Shown here piece by piece: positions 35,751 to 45,691 of a stretch of DNA of 64,000 nt. Source of the stretch: Minisyncoccota bacterium (lineage in GTDB: Bacteria > Patescibacteriota > Minisyncoccia > Phycocordibacterales > UBA2100); NCBI GenBank assembly GCA_965267345.1, contig OZ253947.1, forward strand, positions 3,648 to 67,647, written 5' to 3'. A program made the position numbers and the translations under genes. The notes under the pieces were generated by a model that saw nothing but the letters and a program-made list of their open reading frames with translations, was not told where the DNA came from and searched no databases. How positions within the stretch are numbered: the stretch's first letter is position 1; the number at the start of each line of letters is the position of its first letter.

Positions 35751-36881
35751 ATGTACACGTTCTCAAAAGCAGGTGCGTTTGACCACGCGTGGAAGCGTTT
35801 CAAGGAACGTCCGTTCTTCCTCATGGGTGTGTTCGTCTTGAGTGCGGTGCTCTTAAGTATTTCAGGATATTTTGCCGAGCGAAGTGGTACGGGAAGCGCA
35901 GTGCTCGCCACCAACATCATCGATTTTGTACTGAGCATTGTACTGAGCATGGGCGTGACGCAGATCACGCTCCGCATACACGACGGGGTGGATACGCACT
36001 ACCCTGATCTGTTTGAGCCGTTGGCGCTATTTTGGAAGTATCTTGCGGTGACTGTTCTCACCGGTGTGATTGTGCTGATCGGGCTTTTGCTGTTTATCAT
36101 TCCGGGTATCATTGCGGCATTGGCAATTAGCTTTGCACCATATCTGGTGATTGATAAGAAGATGGGTCCGATCGAAGCGCTGCACGAGAGTATTCGCATA
36201 ACGCACGGGCACCGCTGGAATTTGTTTGTGTTCAGTGTACTGCTGCTGGCAGTGAATGTGCTCGGTGCGCTCTTTCTCGGCCTCGGGTTGCTCATTACGG
36301 TGCCGGTGTCTGCACTGGCGCTAGTGTACGTCTACCGTTGGCTGCTCACGCCTGACGAAGCACGGGCGGTGCGCGTGTCACTTCTCTCAAAGGTTATCGC
36401 GAGTATCGTCGTCGTGTGTGCCTGCATTGCTGCAATTGGCGGCATCTTTGCACTGTCGACACAGCAGCCGTCAGAATCGACGACACCGACGGCGCAGAGT
36501 ATGGAATTGGAACGTGCGCAGCAACGCGACGCGCAACGCTACGCAGCAGTGGATGCGATTGCGCGTGCTGCGTCGCGCTACTACGAGCAGTATGACCGAT
36601 ACCCAACGATGCTGAGCGAACTCGTGCCGGCCTACCTGCCGAGCGTGCCGACTGATCCGGTGACGGCAGAGCCCTATGCCTACAGCGCGTACGCACCGGA
36701 ACTCGATTTTGAAGTATGTGCCTTTCTCGAAGTCGACCCTGCCGGCATCGTGTGTGAGTACGGCCTTGATGACGATGCCTACGCCGGCCACAGTGATGAT
36801 GAAGCACTTCCTGAGAGTGACGACGCTGCCAATTTTGACGACGATGAGGTTGTCTGGCCACCGCAGGGCGGGTTTGAATAG
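35751..36881 (+). CDS. Multi-pass membrane protein fused to a pilin/GspG-like C-terminal domain
   Basis: 5-6 TM N-terminus (ALHESIRITHGH.W); C-terminus RDAQR...YPTMLSELVPAYLPSVPTDP...YAY...FEVCAFLE. Confidence 0.7.
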   Translation: MYTFSKAGAFDHAWKRFKERPFFLMGVFVLSAVLLSISGYFAERSGTGSAVLATNIIDFVLSIVLSMGVTQITLRIHDGVDTHYPDLFEPLALFWKYLAVTVLTGVIVLIGLLLFIIPGIIAALAISFAPYLVIDKKMGPIEALHESIRITHGHRWNLFVFSVLLLAVNVLGALFLGLGLLITVPVSALALVYVYRWLLTPDEARAVRVSLLSKVIASIVVVCACIAAIGGIFALSTQQPSESTTPTAQSMELERAQQRDAQRYAAVDAIARAASRYYEQYDRYPTMLSELVPAYLPSVPTDPVTAEPYAYSAYAPELDFEVCAFLEVDPAGIVCEYGLDDDAYAGHSDDEALPESDDAANFDDDEVVWPPQGGFE

Positions 36882-36920
36882 ACAAGCATCAGTGCACAGG
36901 CTCTGCTATACTCCACACCT

Positions 36921-37331
36921 ATGGAGAGAGTCATCGTCTACACTGATGGAGCGTCGCGGGGGAACCCCGGCCACGCCGCGATTGGGGCGGCAATTTTTGA
37001 CGGCACCCAGCTGGTTGCCGAAGTACGGGAATATCTCGGTGAAAAAACCAATAATTGGGCTGAGTACGAGGCGGTGATCGCAGCGCTGAAAAAGGTCAAG
37101 CAACTCGGGCTACACACGCGTCCCGTGGAGTGCCGCATGGACAGCAAGCTAGTTGCCGAGCAGCTTTCGGGGAATTGGCAGATCAAGCATGAAAATCTCT
37201 TCGGACAATTTATCGCCGTACACAACATGCTGGTGAAAGACTTTGCGCATGTCGTGTTTGTGCACGTGCCGCGCGAGGACAACGCGCACGCCGACCGTCT
37301 TGCCAACGAAGCACTTGATGCGCGGACATAA
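36921..37331 (+). CDS. rnhA: Ribonuclease HI
   Basis: YTDGASRGNPG, TNNWAEY, DSKLV, HVPREDN..ADRLAN. Confidence 0.93.
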   Translation: MERVIVYTDGASRGNPGHAAIGAAIFDGTQLVAEVREYLGEKTNNWAEYEAVIAALKKVKQLGLHTRPVECRMDSKLVAEQLSGNWQIKHENLFGQFIAVHNMLVKDFAHVVFVHVPREDNAHADRLANEALDART

Positions 37332-37348
37332 TGCGCTAGGCTGGGATT

Positions 37349-37642
37349 ATGAAAGACTTTTTTATCTTTATTCGCGAGCAGGGCATTGTGGGGTTGGCGA
37401 TCGGTTTCATTCTCGGTGGCGCTGTGTCGCAAGTGGTGCAAGCACTCGTGAATGACATCATCAATCCACTCATCGGGTACGCATTTAGCGGCGTTGATGA
37501 ATTGAGTGACATCATGATCGGCCCAGTCGCTTTCGGGCACTTCGTGACGGTCGTCATCGACTTTATTGTTATTGCTGCCGTTGTCTTCTTTATATTCAAG
37601 CGACTCAAGCTCGATCGGTTTGACGCCAAGAAAGCAACCTAG
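37349..37642 (+). CDS. mscL: Large-conductance mechanosensitive channel
   Basis: LAIGFILGGA...LVNDIINPLIG...FG.F...VIDF. Confidence 0.9.
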   Translation: MKDFFIFIREQGIVGLAIGFILGGAVSQVVQALVNDIINPLIGYAFSGVDELSDIMIGPVAFGHFVTVVIDFIVIAAVVFFIFKRLKLDRFDAKKAT

Positions 37643-37657
37643 TTCTCGATAGGGTGT

Positions 37658-39154
37658 ATGTATCGTACGCACATGCGGTGGGTCGTGCCACTGGCGTGTG
37701 CTGCGTGTGCCTGTGGTATTGCGATTCGCAGCACGACGACGCTCGGAGTAGCGACTAGCGCGGCACTCGTAGGGATTGCACTGGCCACGCTGGCCTGCGG
37801 CTACCTCATATTTTCTACTCCGCGCGCTCGTATGTGGGCGTGGGTTGTTGTCGTTGGGTGTTTGGGTGTCGCATTTGGTATTGCACGCATGCACGCTGCC
37901 ATACCACCAGAGTCATTTGTGGTGCCGGAAACTGTGGTGAGTGTGTCGGGTACGGTCGTTGCCGAGCCTGATGCACGGGGCGCCTACACCAACCTCACGC
38001 TAGCATCGGACGCATTTCCGTATCGCATACTGGTGCGCACGCAGCCGCACATCACCGCATCGTATAGCGATGTGGTGCAGGTGACGGGTCGCCTAGAGCC
38101 GCCCGAGAACTTTGCCGGAACAGGCGGACGCATCTTCGACTACCAAGGCTACTTAGCAAAAGACCGTATTGGAGCCATTAGCGCATTTCCTGAAGCGGTA
38201 CAGGTGCATCCGCGCGATACGTTTACGTTGCTGGGGCCATTGTTTGCACTCAAGCATAGGTATCTCGATGTGCTAAATCGCGCGCTAGCCGAGCCGCATG
38301 CCGCGCTTGCGGGCGGTATCACCGTCGGTGCGCGACGGTCACTCGGCGATGAGCTCACCGAGCAGTTCCGACGCACGGGCATCATTCACATTGTAGTGCT
38401 ATCCGGCTACAACGTTGCTATCGTCGTGTTTTTTATTGCCGCACTCTTACGACCGTTCCCCGAGCGCATTCGTTACGTGGGGGCACTTATCGGCATCGCA
38501 CTGTTTGTGCTGCTCGTCGGTGCCGGTGCACCGGTGGTGCGCGCCGGCCTTATGGGCGGCATTGCCGTACTGGGTATGCTCACGCATCGCACGTACAGTG
38601 CGGTGCACGCGCTGTGCATCACCGCCTGCGCGATGCTCATCGCCAATCCGTACACACTGGTGTACGACCCTTCGTTTCAGCTGAGTGTGATTGCGACATT
38701 CGGGTTGCTCCTTGGCGCACCACGTCTTTTACCGTACCTCATGTGGCTACCAGAGCGGTACGCACTGCGAGAGCTTGTCGCCGTTACTGTCGCAACGCAA
38801 ATTGCCGTAACGCCGTGGCTGCTGTACCTCATGGGCGAGCTGTCCGTGGTCGCACTGCTCGTCAATGTGCTCATACTGCCCGTCGTGCCGCTGGCAATGC
38901 TCGCCGTGTTCGTTGTTGGTGTCGTCGGGTTCGTATCAAGCACGCTGGCGCTTGCGGTGGCCGCACCTGCGCACGCACTGTTGACCTACATGCTGTGGGT
39001 TGTTGCACAATTTGCAGCGCTCCCCTTTGCGGCAGTGAGTGTGCCGGCATTTCCGGTTGGTGGTGCGCTCGCTGCGTACCTGTTGCTTAGTTTCGTGCTT
39101 GTGTGGTGGCCGCGTCAAAGCGTGCCTGCACGGTCTCCCAATTCATATTTTTGA
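37658..39154 (+). CDS. comEC: ComEC/Rec2 competence channel (OB plus Competence domains)
   Basis: FDYQGYL, HIVVLSGYNV, VVRAGLM, DPSFQLS; many TM helices. Confidence 0.92.
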   Translation: MYRTHMRWVVPLACAACACGIAIRSTTTLGVATSAALVGIALATLACGYLIFSTPRARMWAWVVVVGCLGVAFGIARMHAAIPPESFVVPETVVSVSGTVVAEPDARGAYTNLTLASDAFPYRILVRTQPHITASYSDVVQVTGRLEPPENFAGTGGRIFDYQGYLAKDRIGAISAFPEAVQVHPRDTFTLLGPLFALKHRYLDVLNRALAEPHAALAGGITVGARRSLGDELTEQFRRTGIIHIVVLSGYNVAIVVFFIAALLRPFPERIRYVGALIGIALFVLLVGAGAPVVRAGLMGGIAVLGMLTHRTYSAVHALCITACAMLIANPYTLVYDPSFQLSVIATFGLLLGAPRLLPYLMWLPERYALRELVAVTVATQIAVTPWLLYLMGELSVVALLVNVLILPVVPLAMLAVFVVGVVGFVSSTLALAVAAPAHALLTYMLWVVAQFAALPFAAVSVPAFPVGGALAAYLLLSFVLVWWPRQSVPARSPNSYF

Positions 39155-39698
39155 AAAACGCATCGATGTACTGCTTTTTCTCTGCGGGAAGGTAGTCAAC
39201 CATAAAGGCATGCTCCCACATGTCGATCGTGAGAATAACGTCGACATCGGCAAGCGTGCCGAGTTCGTGATCGGTCGTCCAGAAGACATGTGGCGTGTTG
39301 CCCTTGGCGTCCCATGCAAGGGTCGTCCAGCCGGAACCGCGGCTCATCGAGACAGTCGTGAAGTGTTCAATGAATACATCCCAGCTGCCGTATTTGTCGG
39401 CAACTGCGTGTTCGAGTGCCGTACCGCGTGGTTCGTCGGTCGCACCGCCTTCCCACTGCGGGAAGTAGAATTCGTGCATGCGCATACCGTTAAATTCAAA
39501 GCCGAGTCGGCGGCGAGTTGACTCAATGGCAAAGTGATACTTCTCTGCATCAAGCGCCGAGAGGTCGGCAATTTGCTCTCTGAGTGCATTGATATTTTTT
39601 ACGTAGCCATTGTAGAGCTCGACGTGTACTTCGAGTTGTTTCTCGGAGATACCATCAAGGTCAGGAAAGGTGAATGTTTGTGCGTCGTAGGTGTGCAT
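39087..39698 (-). CDS. Fe/Mn superoxide dismutase
   Basis: H..LY.GYV, NGMRMHEFYF, GSGW, DMWEHAF..DY; ATG 39698. Confidence 0.9.
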   Translation of the reverse strand: MHTYDAQTFTFPDLDGISEKQLEVHVELYNGYVKNINALREQIADLSALDAEKYHFAIESTRRRLGFEFNGMRMHEFYFPQWEGGATDEPRGTALEHAVADKYGSWDVFIEHFTTVSMSRGSGWTTLAWDAKGNTPHVFWTTDHELGTLADVDVILTIDMWEHAFMVDYLPAEKKQYIDAFFKNMNWETVQARFDAATTQARN

Positions 39699-39744
39699 AG
39701 GTGCTCTAGTGAGAATAAGTAATGTCTGGTACCAGTGTATCAAA

Positions 39745-40596
39745 GTGAGCCAAAACGCAAAATACGGAGCAGTTGGTTTTCTGTGCATGCTTTTCTTCGT
39801 CGCGGCGGGGGTGTGGCATGCAGCGCTTAGCAAAGAGAGCACTGCACTGAGCGTGACCTTTTTAGATGTAGGGCAGGGAGATGCGGTGTTTATTGAAGCG
39901 CCCTCGGGTCGCCAAATGCTTATTGATGGTGGTCGCGACACAGCAGTATTGCGCGAACTCGGCGCAGTGATGCCATGGTACGATCGCTCGATCGACGTAG
40001 TGGTCGCGACGCATTTTGATGCTGATCACAGCGGTGGACTTGTGCCCGTACTCGAGCGTTTTGCCGTGACGCACGTGTTTGTTCCTGATCGCGACGTCCA
40101 CGAGGGCACTGCTGCTGCGTTTTTTCGCGCGGCAGAAGGGGTTGTGCTGCACGAGGCACGGCGTGGTATGCGAATCACGCTTGGCGACGACACGTACGTT
40201 CAGGTGCTGTTCCCTGATCGCGATGCAACGACATGGGAGGAAAACACGCGCTCCATTGTTGCGCAGGTCGTCTACGGACAGCATGTATTTTTACTGACGG
40301 GCGACGCACCGAGTGCAATCGAGGAGTACCTCGTGGCGCTTGATGGTGCGCAGTTGCAGAGCGATGTGCTGAAAGTGGGCCATCACGGCTCGCGCACGTC
40401 GAGCAGCCCGCTCTTTGTCGGCTACACTGTACCAGCGTACGCGGTCATGTCTCGTGGATGCGATAATCCGTACGGCCACCCGCACGCACGTGTGCGCGCG
40501 ACACTCGAGCAGTTTACAGTACGCACCTTTGATACGTGCACGGACGGACGCGTCACTTTTGAAAGCGACGGAACGATACTGCGCGTGCACCATTGA
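39745..40596 (+). CDS. ComEC-type metallo-beta-lactamase domain protein (start uncertain)
   Basis: FLDVGQGDA, THFDADHSGG, LTGD, LKVGHHGS, NPYGHPH. Confidence 0.9.
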   Translation: MSQNAKYGAVGFLCMLFFVAAGVWHAALSKESTALSVTFLDVGQGDAVFIEAPSGRQMLIDGGRDTAVLRELGAVMPWYDRSIDVVVATHFDADHSGGLVPVLERFAVTHVFVPDRDVHEGTAAAFFRAAEGVVLHEARRGMRITLGDDTYVQVLFPDRDATTWEENTRSIVAQVVYGQHVFLLTGDAPSAIEEYLVALDGAQLQSDVLKVGHHGSRTSSSPLFVGYTVPAYAVMSRGCDNPYGHPHARVRATLEQFTVRTFDTCTDGRVTFESDGTILRVHH

Positions 40597-40656
40597 CCTC
40601 TGCACATAGATATAGTTTATTTCTTCCAAGCGCACTGAGACAGAAGGGAGGAACTC

Positions 40657-41106
40657 ATGCGAGTGTTCTTTGCGATGGTAATTACCGTCATGCTTACGTC
40701 CTCTGCCCAAGCAGAGGTTGCCGGCGTGTGGCGTGAAATGAGCGACCGTGCGTGGATGAAGGTGGTTCCGCAGGGAATCTGCAAAGTCACGCTGAATCAG
40801 GAAGAAGGGTTCTATGATTTTCAGGCGCCAGATACGCCGATCGTCTCACGGCTCAATGATGCCGCGGGTACCTACGTGCAAGACGGTGTATACCTCAATA
40901 CGTATGGCGTGTACATTGCCTTTGGCGACAAGGACGATTACGCGACGTTCATTCGTCTCTGCGATGGACTCCCGGGCGGCGTGTCATTCCCGAAAGAGTT
41001 GTGTGTCGATCCGAACAATTGCGGACCGGCGCAGGGTAAGGGAAAAGGCCGGAGCGAAAGCTCCGGCCTTAGTTTTTATACTTGCGTTTGGGTGGGCGAC
41101 TACTAG
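40657..41106 (+). CDS. Orphan secreted protein with SD
   Basis: GGAGG 5 nt before ATG; signal peptide MRVFFAMVITVMLTSSAQA; several Cys. Confidence 0.7.
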   Translation: MRVFFAMVITVMLTSSAQAEVAGVWREMSDRAWMKVVPQGICKVTLNQEEGFYDFQAPDTPIVSRLNDAAGTYVQDGVYLNTYGVYIAFGDKDDYATFIRLCDGLPGGVSFPKELCVDPNNCGPAQGKGKGRSESSGLSFYTCVWVGDY

Positions 41107-41345
41107 ATGAGTCCCGCTTCTTTGAGTGTTTTGTAGGCACCGTTTTTGTTGATGGTCTTGATTGCTTTGGTTGAGAGCGTCAGCGTCATGGTCTTGTCGA
41201 TCTCAGGAATGTAGAGTGTCTTCTTCTGCAAGTTTGCATAGCGACGCTTCTTGCCGCCAGGGTTAAACTGCGTCGCACGCGTACGGTTGCTGTAGCGTCC
41301 GCCGACTTGAGATGATTTCCCTGTTACCATGCATGTCTTTGCCAT
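41103..41345 (-). CDS. rpmB: 50S ribosomal protein L28
   Basis: MAKTCMVTGK...KRRYANLQKK...LSTKAIKT. Confidence 0.9.
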   Translation of the reverse strand: MAKTCMVTGKSSQVGGRYSNRTRATQFNPGGKKRRYANLQKKTLYIPEIDKTMTLTLSTKAIKTINKNGAYKTLKEAGLI

Positions 41346-41395
41346 AATGCGGGGCATGCTACCATGTAGGTGCGCATTGCGCAATTCTTTTACGT

Positions 41396-42022
41396 ATGGG
41401 AGCAGACATTATATTCCTTATTGCGATACTCATTATATCGGTGGTATTTCACGAAGTGTCCCACGGATTTGCCGCACACTATCTGGGTGACCCGACGGCA
41501 CGCCTGCAGGGGCGTCTGACCCTTAATCCGATTAGTCACATCGACCCGATGGGCTCGGTTATTTTGCCGGCCATTCTGGTGCTCTCGGGTACGCCGTTTC
41601 TTATCGGGTGGGCAAAACCCGTACCGTATAATCCGTATAACTTTCGGAAAGGCGGGAAGTGGGGTGAGGCACTGGTTGCTGCTGCCGGCCCTGCCGCCAA
41701 CGTTGCTATTGCCGTGCTCTTTGGTCTGTTGCTGCGCTTTGGTGTCTTTCCTGCAGAAATGACAGCATTGGCATTTTCAATCGTATTCATTAATGTACTG
41801 TTGGCAATCTTTAACCTGATTCCACTGCCACCGCTCGACGGCTCGAAGGTGCTCTCAGCACTGCTGCCGGTTACGATGCGCATGCAGTACGAGCGGCTGC
41901 GCACCACGCTTGAGCGTAATTTCTTCCTTGGCATTGGTGCCATTATTATTTTTGTACTGCTTTTCGGTGCACAGTTCGCTGCAGGTATTTCCTACATTAC
42001 TCGCGTTATTGTCGGTGCGTAG
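41396..42022 (+). CDS. Site-2 protease (M50)
   Basis: HEVSH, GRLTLNP, AAAGP..N, FNLIPLPPLDG. Confidence 0.94.
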   Translation: MGADIIFLIAILIISVVFHEVSHGFAAHYLGDPTARLQGRLTLNPISHIDPMGSVILPAILVLSGTPFLIGWAKPVPYNPYNFRKGGKWGEALVAAAGPAANVAIAVLFGLLLRFGVFPAEMTALAFSIVFINVLLAIFNLIPLPPLDGSKVLSALLPVTMRMQYERLRTTLERNFFLGIGAIIIFVLLFGAQFAAGISYITRVIVGA

Positions 42023-42023
42023 T

Positions 42024-42464
42024 ATGGAGCGTATTCGTATTGAGCACGTCTCTGACACCGCTAATAAGCGAGATGTCGGAGAACGCACAGCAGCCCTTGA
42101 GCGTAATGAGCATGAGCGATGGAAGGCTGTTGAGAAAGAGGTAGCTAACGATAACGAGGCGCCCTTACTGACAGTGGAGGAGTTCGAGGCAGTGACCGAC
42201 CCATTCAAGCAGCTCGCGCTGCAGTTGCAGGAAACGCTTGGTTTGGAAAAGAAGAGAGCGCAGGCAATTGTGCAGTACACGCACGAAAATGCGGAGGTAA
42301 TTCGCAGTACTCAGCAGAGTGTAGAGGTGAACGAACAGAGTAGGGAGGCCATTCGCGACTTGGCAGGGGATACGCAGATGGGTGCAGCGGCGTGGCGACT
42401 TATGCACCAAGCACTCATCCGAGAAAAGGTACCGCACGCAGAGCAGCGAGCAGCTGCATCATAA
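42024..42464 (+). CDS. Hypothetical helical protein
   Basis: ATG 1 nt after the M50 stop; 146-aa charged ORF filling the gap. Confidence 0.6.
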   Translation: MERIRIEHVSDTANKRDVGERTAALERNEHERWKAVEKEVANDNEAPLLTVEEFEAVTDPFKQLALQLQETLGLEKKRAQAIVQYTHENAEVIRSTQQSVEVNEQSREAIRDLAGDTQMGAAAWRLMHQALIREKVPHAEQRAAAS

Positions 42465-42527
42465 AGTTGCATTATCGACAGCTGCATAGTATATTTCCCC
42501 AACGCCTGCGTGGCGGTTTTTAGTTAT

Positions 42528-42944
42528 ATGGCAACAATAAACCAACTCGTACGAAAGGGACGCAAAAATGTCGAGCGCAAGAGCAAGACAGTGGCTCTTC
42601 GTCGTGGCTTCAATAGTTTGAAGAACACACCGTCACGATACCCGTCACCATTTAAGCGCGGTGTGTGTACCAAGGTGACGACAAAAACCCCACGTAAACC
42701 AAACTCAGCTATCCGTAAAATTGCTCGTGTGCGACTCACAAACGGCATGGAGGTTACTGCCTACATTCCAGGTGAGGGACACAACCTGCAGGAGCACTCA
42801 GTAGTAGTGGTGCGCGGCGGTCGTGTGAAGGACATTGGTGTTCGCTACACAATCGTCCGCGGTCGCCTCGATGCTGAAGGTGTCACGAACCGCAAAACGG
42901 GTCGCTCGAAGTACGGAACAGCTAAACCAAAGGGAGGTGAATAA
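42528..42944 (+). CDS. rpsL: 30S ribosomal protein S12
   Basis: [29 protein letters not shown]. Confidence 0.98.
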   Translation: MATINQLVRKGRKNVERKSKTVALRRGFNSLKNTPSRYPSPFKRGVCTKVTTKTPRKPNSAIRKIARVRLTNGMEVTAYIPGEGHNLQEHSVVVVRGGRVKDIGVRYTIVRGRLDAEGVTNRKTGRSKYGTAKPKGGE

Positions 42945-42949
42945 ACACT

Positions 42950-43420
42950 ATGCGACGACCACTGAAAAAAAAGCACGAATTGGCGCCTGATCCTGTATAC
43001 GGCTCGGTAAAGGTGACCAAGCTCATCAACTACATTATGGAGTCAGGAAAGAAAGATGCTGCACGCAAAATTGTGTACGGTGCGTTTGATGAACTGAAGG
43101 GCAAGGACGGTAAAGAAGACCCTGTCGCACTCTTCGACACGGCGATTAAGAATGTCGGCCCGTTAATGGAAGTGCGTTCACGACGTGTGGGCGGTGCGAA
43201 CTATCAGGTACCGCGCGAAGTACGCCCCGAGCGTCGTTTGGCACTGGGACTGCGTTGGATTGTCGACGCGGCGAATGCCGGCAGCGAACACCAAATGAAG
43301 ACACGGCTTGCGAACGAGATTCGTCGCGCTGCCAATGAAGAAGGTGAGGCAGTAAAGAAGCGCGAAAACACGCACAAAATGGCTGAGGCCAACAAAGCAT
43401 TCGCTCACTTTGCGTGGTAA
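42950..43420 (+). CDS. rpsG: 30S ribosomal protein S7
   Basis: [24 protein letters not shown]. Confidence 0.98.
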   Translation: MRRPLKKKHELAPDPVYGSVKVTKLINYIMESGKKDAARKIVYGAFDELKGKDGKEDPVALFDTAIKNVGPLMEVRSRRVGGANYQVPREVRPERRLALGLRWIVDAANAGSEHQMKTRLANEIRRAANEEGEAVKKRENTHKMAEANKAFAHFAW

Positions 43421-43471
43421 GTCCGCGCGAGCGCTGCACCACATCGTTATTATTTGTAAGGAATTGTTTTC

Positions 43472-45613
43472 ATGAGTAACCGCAAATACCCACTCGAAAA
43501 ACTGCGCAACTTCGGCATTGTTGCCCACGTTGACGCCGGTAAGACGACCACCAGTGAGCGTGTCCTCTTCTACACAGGCATGAGCCACAAGATTGGTGAG
43601 GTGCACGAAGGAGAGACCGTCACCGACTGGATGGAACAGGAGCGCGAGCGTGGTATTACGATCACTGCGGCTGCAATTTCATGTGAGTGGCAGCCAACCT
43701 ACACTGACGACGAGAGTGCAAAACACACGTTTAACATTATTGATACACCCGGCCACATCGACTTCACCGCAGAAGTGAAGCGTTCAATGCGCGTTCTCGA
43801 CGGCGCAATTGTGGTTTTTGATGCTGTTGCCGGTGTTGAGCCGCAGTCTGAAACCAGCTGGCGCTACGCTGAAGAAGCGGAGGTACCACGCGTGTGTTTC
43901 ATTAACAAGCTCGACCGCACCGGTGCGTCATTTGAGCGCTCATACCAAAGTATTCTCAATCGCCTGTCACCGAAAGCAATCCGCGCACAGATTCCGATTG
44001 GTGAAGAAGATGCACACGAAGGTGTCATCGACTTGCTGAGCATGAAGGCGTACCGCTTTGAAGGGCAGATGGGCATGGATGTGCAGGTGAGTGAGGTACC
44101 CGACGAGCTCAAAGCAGACGCTGAGAAGTACCGTGGTGAGCTGATTGAAAAAATCGTTGAAAATGACGAGGAAGCGATGAATGCTTACCTCGAGGGCAAC
44201 GAACCGTCACTTGATGAGCTTAAGAAGTTACTCCGCAAGGCAGTCGTTGCGAATGAGATTTTCCTCGTCTACTGCGGTTCGGCACTCAAGAACAAAGGTG
44301 TGCAACTCGTCCTCGACGCAGTTGTCGACTACCTGCCAAGTCCACTCGACATGCCGCCGGTAGAAGGACTTGATCCGAAAACGGGAGAGACGATTACGCG
44401 CACACCGGATGATGACGAGCCGATGGCAGCACTTGCCTTTAAGCTCCAGTCTGACCCGTTTGTGGGGCAGCTCACATTCTTCCGTGTGTACTCGGGCGTC
44501 TTTAAATCAGGTTCGTACGTCTACAATGCGTCAACGGGGAACAAGGAGCGTGTGGGACGCATCGTGCGTCTGCAGGCAGACAAGCGCACCGAAGTGGATG
44601 AAGTCTACACCGGTGAAATTGCTGCAGCGGTTGGCCTGAAAGAGACTAAGACCAGCCACACTCTCTGTGACGAAAGCGCACCGATTATTCTCGAAGAGAT
44701 GACCTTCCCCGTACCGGTGGTTTCAGCGCGTATTGAGCCAAAAACCAAGCAAGATCAAGAAAAAATGGGTGTGGCACTCAACAAACTTGCTGACGAAGAC
44801 CCGACATTCAAGGTATCCAGCGACCCTGAAACACTCGAGACCGTGATTTCGGGTATGGGTGAGCTTCACCTCGACATTCTTGTTGACCGCATGAAGCGCG
44901 AATTCAAGGTTGAAGCAGAGCTCGGTAAGCCACAGGTGGCGTATCGCGAGACCATTCAGGGTGACAAGGAAGCAGAAGTGAAATACATCAAGCAGACGGG
45001 TGGTCGCGGTCAGTATGGTCACGTCAAACTACGCGTGAAGCCACTTGGCGAGATTGAAGAGGATGCAAAAATTGCCAAAAATATTGATCGCGAAGAGCAC
45101 TTTGAATTCATCAACAACATCAAAGGTGGTGTGATTCCTGCTGAGTACATTCCTGCGGTAAAGAAAGGAGTGAAAGAGGCAATGGAGCGCGGTATTGTCG
45201 CCGGCTACCCACTGGTTGATATCTCTGTCGACCTCTTTGATGGTTCGTACCACGACGTCGACTCGTCTGAAGTTGCCTTTAAGATTGCCGCATCGCAGGC
45301 CTTCCAAGAAGCTGCCAAGGGCGCGCGTCCGGTGATTCTCGAGCCGGTGATGAAGGTTGAAGTCCTCACTCCTGAGCAGTTCATGGGTGATGTGACGGGT
45401 AACCTCAACTCAATGCGTGGCCAAGTTGAAGGTATGGACGATCGCATGGGACTGAAGGTCATCCGTGCCATGGTGCCGCTCTCTGAGCTGTTCGGGTACA
45501 CGACAACACTGCGCTCAATGACTGAAGGGCGTGCGAATGCCACGATGGAGTTTAGTCACTACGCTGTGGTGCCACAAAATGTTGCACAGGACATTGTCGC
45601 CGCGCGCAGCTAG
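43472..45613 (+). CDS. fusA: Elongation factor G
   Basis: AHVDAGKTT, ERERGITI, DTPGHIDF, NKLD, GMGELHL. Confidence 0.98.
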   Translation: MSNRKYPLEKLRNFGIVAHVDAGKTTTSERVLFYTGMSHKIGEVHEGETVTDWMEQERERGITITAAAISCEWQPTYTDDESAKHTFNIIDTPGHIDFTAEVKRSMRVLDGAIVVFDAVAGVEPQSETSWRYAEEAEVPRVCFINKLDRTGASFERSYQSILNRLSPKAIRAQIPIGEEDAHEGVIDLLSMKAYRFEGQMGMDVQVSEVPDELKADAEKYRGELIEKIVENDEEAMNAYLEGNEPSLDELKKLLRKAVVANEIFLVYCGSALKNKGVQLVLDAVVDYLPSPLDMPPVEGLDPKTGETITRTPDDDEPMAALAFKLQSDPFVGQLTFFRVYSGVFKSGSYVYNASTGNKERVGRIVRLQADKRTEVDEVYTGEIAAAVGLKETKTSHTLCDESAPIILEEMTFPVPVVSARIEPKTKQDQEKMGVALNKLADEDPTFKVSSDPETLETVISGMGELHLDILVDRMKREFKVEAELGKPQVAYRETIQGDKEAEVKYIKQTGGRGQYGHVKLRVKPLGEIEEDAKIAKNIDREEHFEFINNIKGGVIPAEYIPAVKKGVKEAMERGIVAGYPLVDISVDLFDGSYHDVDSSEVAFKIAASQAFQEAAKGARPVILEPVMKVEVLTPEQFMGDVTGNLNSMRGQVEGMDDRMGLKVIRAMVPLSELFGYTTTLRSMTEGRANATMEFSHYAVVPQNVAQDIVAARS

Positions 45614-45640
45614 CAGAATCTATCTACAAAAGAAAAGAAA

Positions 45641-45668
45641 AATGGCCCCGACTGCAGTCGGGGCCATT
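45641..45668 (-). terminator. Palindromic terminator between fusA and the convergent lipoprotein gene
   Basis: AATGGCCCCGACTGCAGTCGGGGCCATT with a T-run on the minus strand. Confidence 0.7.
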
Positions 45669-45691
45669 CTCATTGCGTTGCGGTTAGTCGC

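Noticed and set aside
19065-38000. Long antisense ORFs (e.g. 19065-19895, 23803-24612, 31502-32314, 36938-37894)
   Set aside because: Shadows of well-supported genes on the opposite strand, with no recognisable motifs
42930-42949. GGAGGTG before rpsG as a true SD
   Set aside because: Arises from the last rpsL codons (KGGE) and lies about 10 nt from the ATG; ambiguous, so not counted among the SD cassettes
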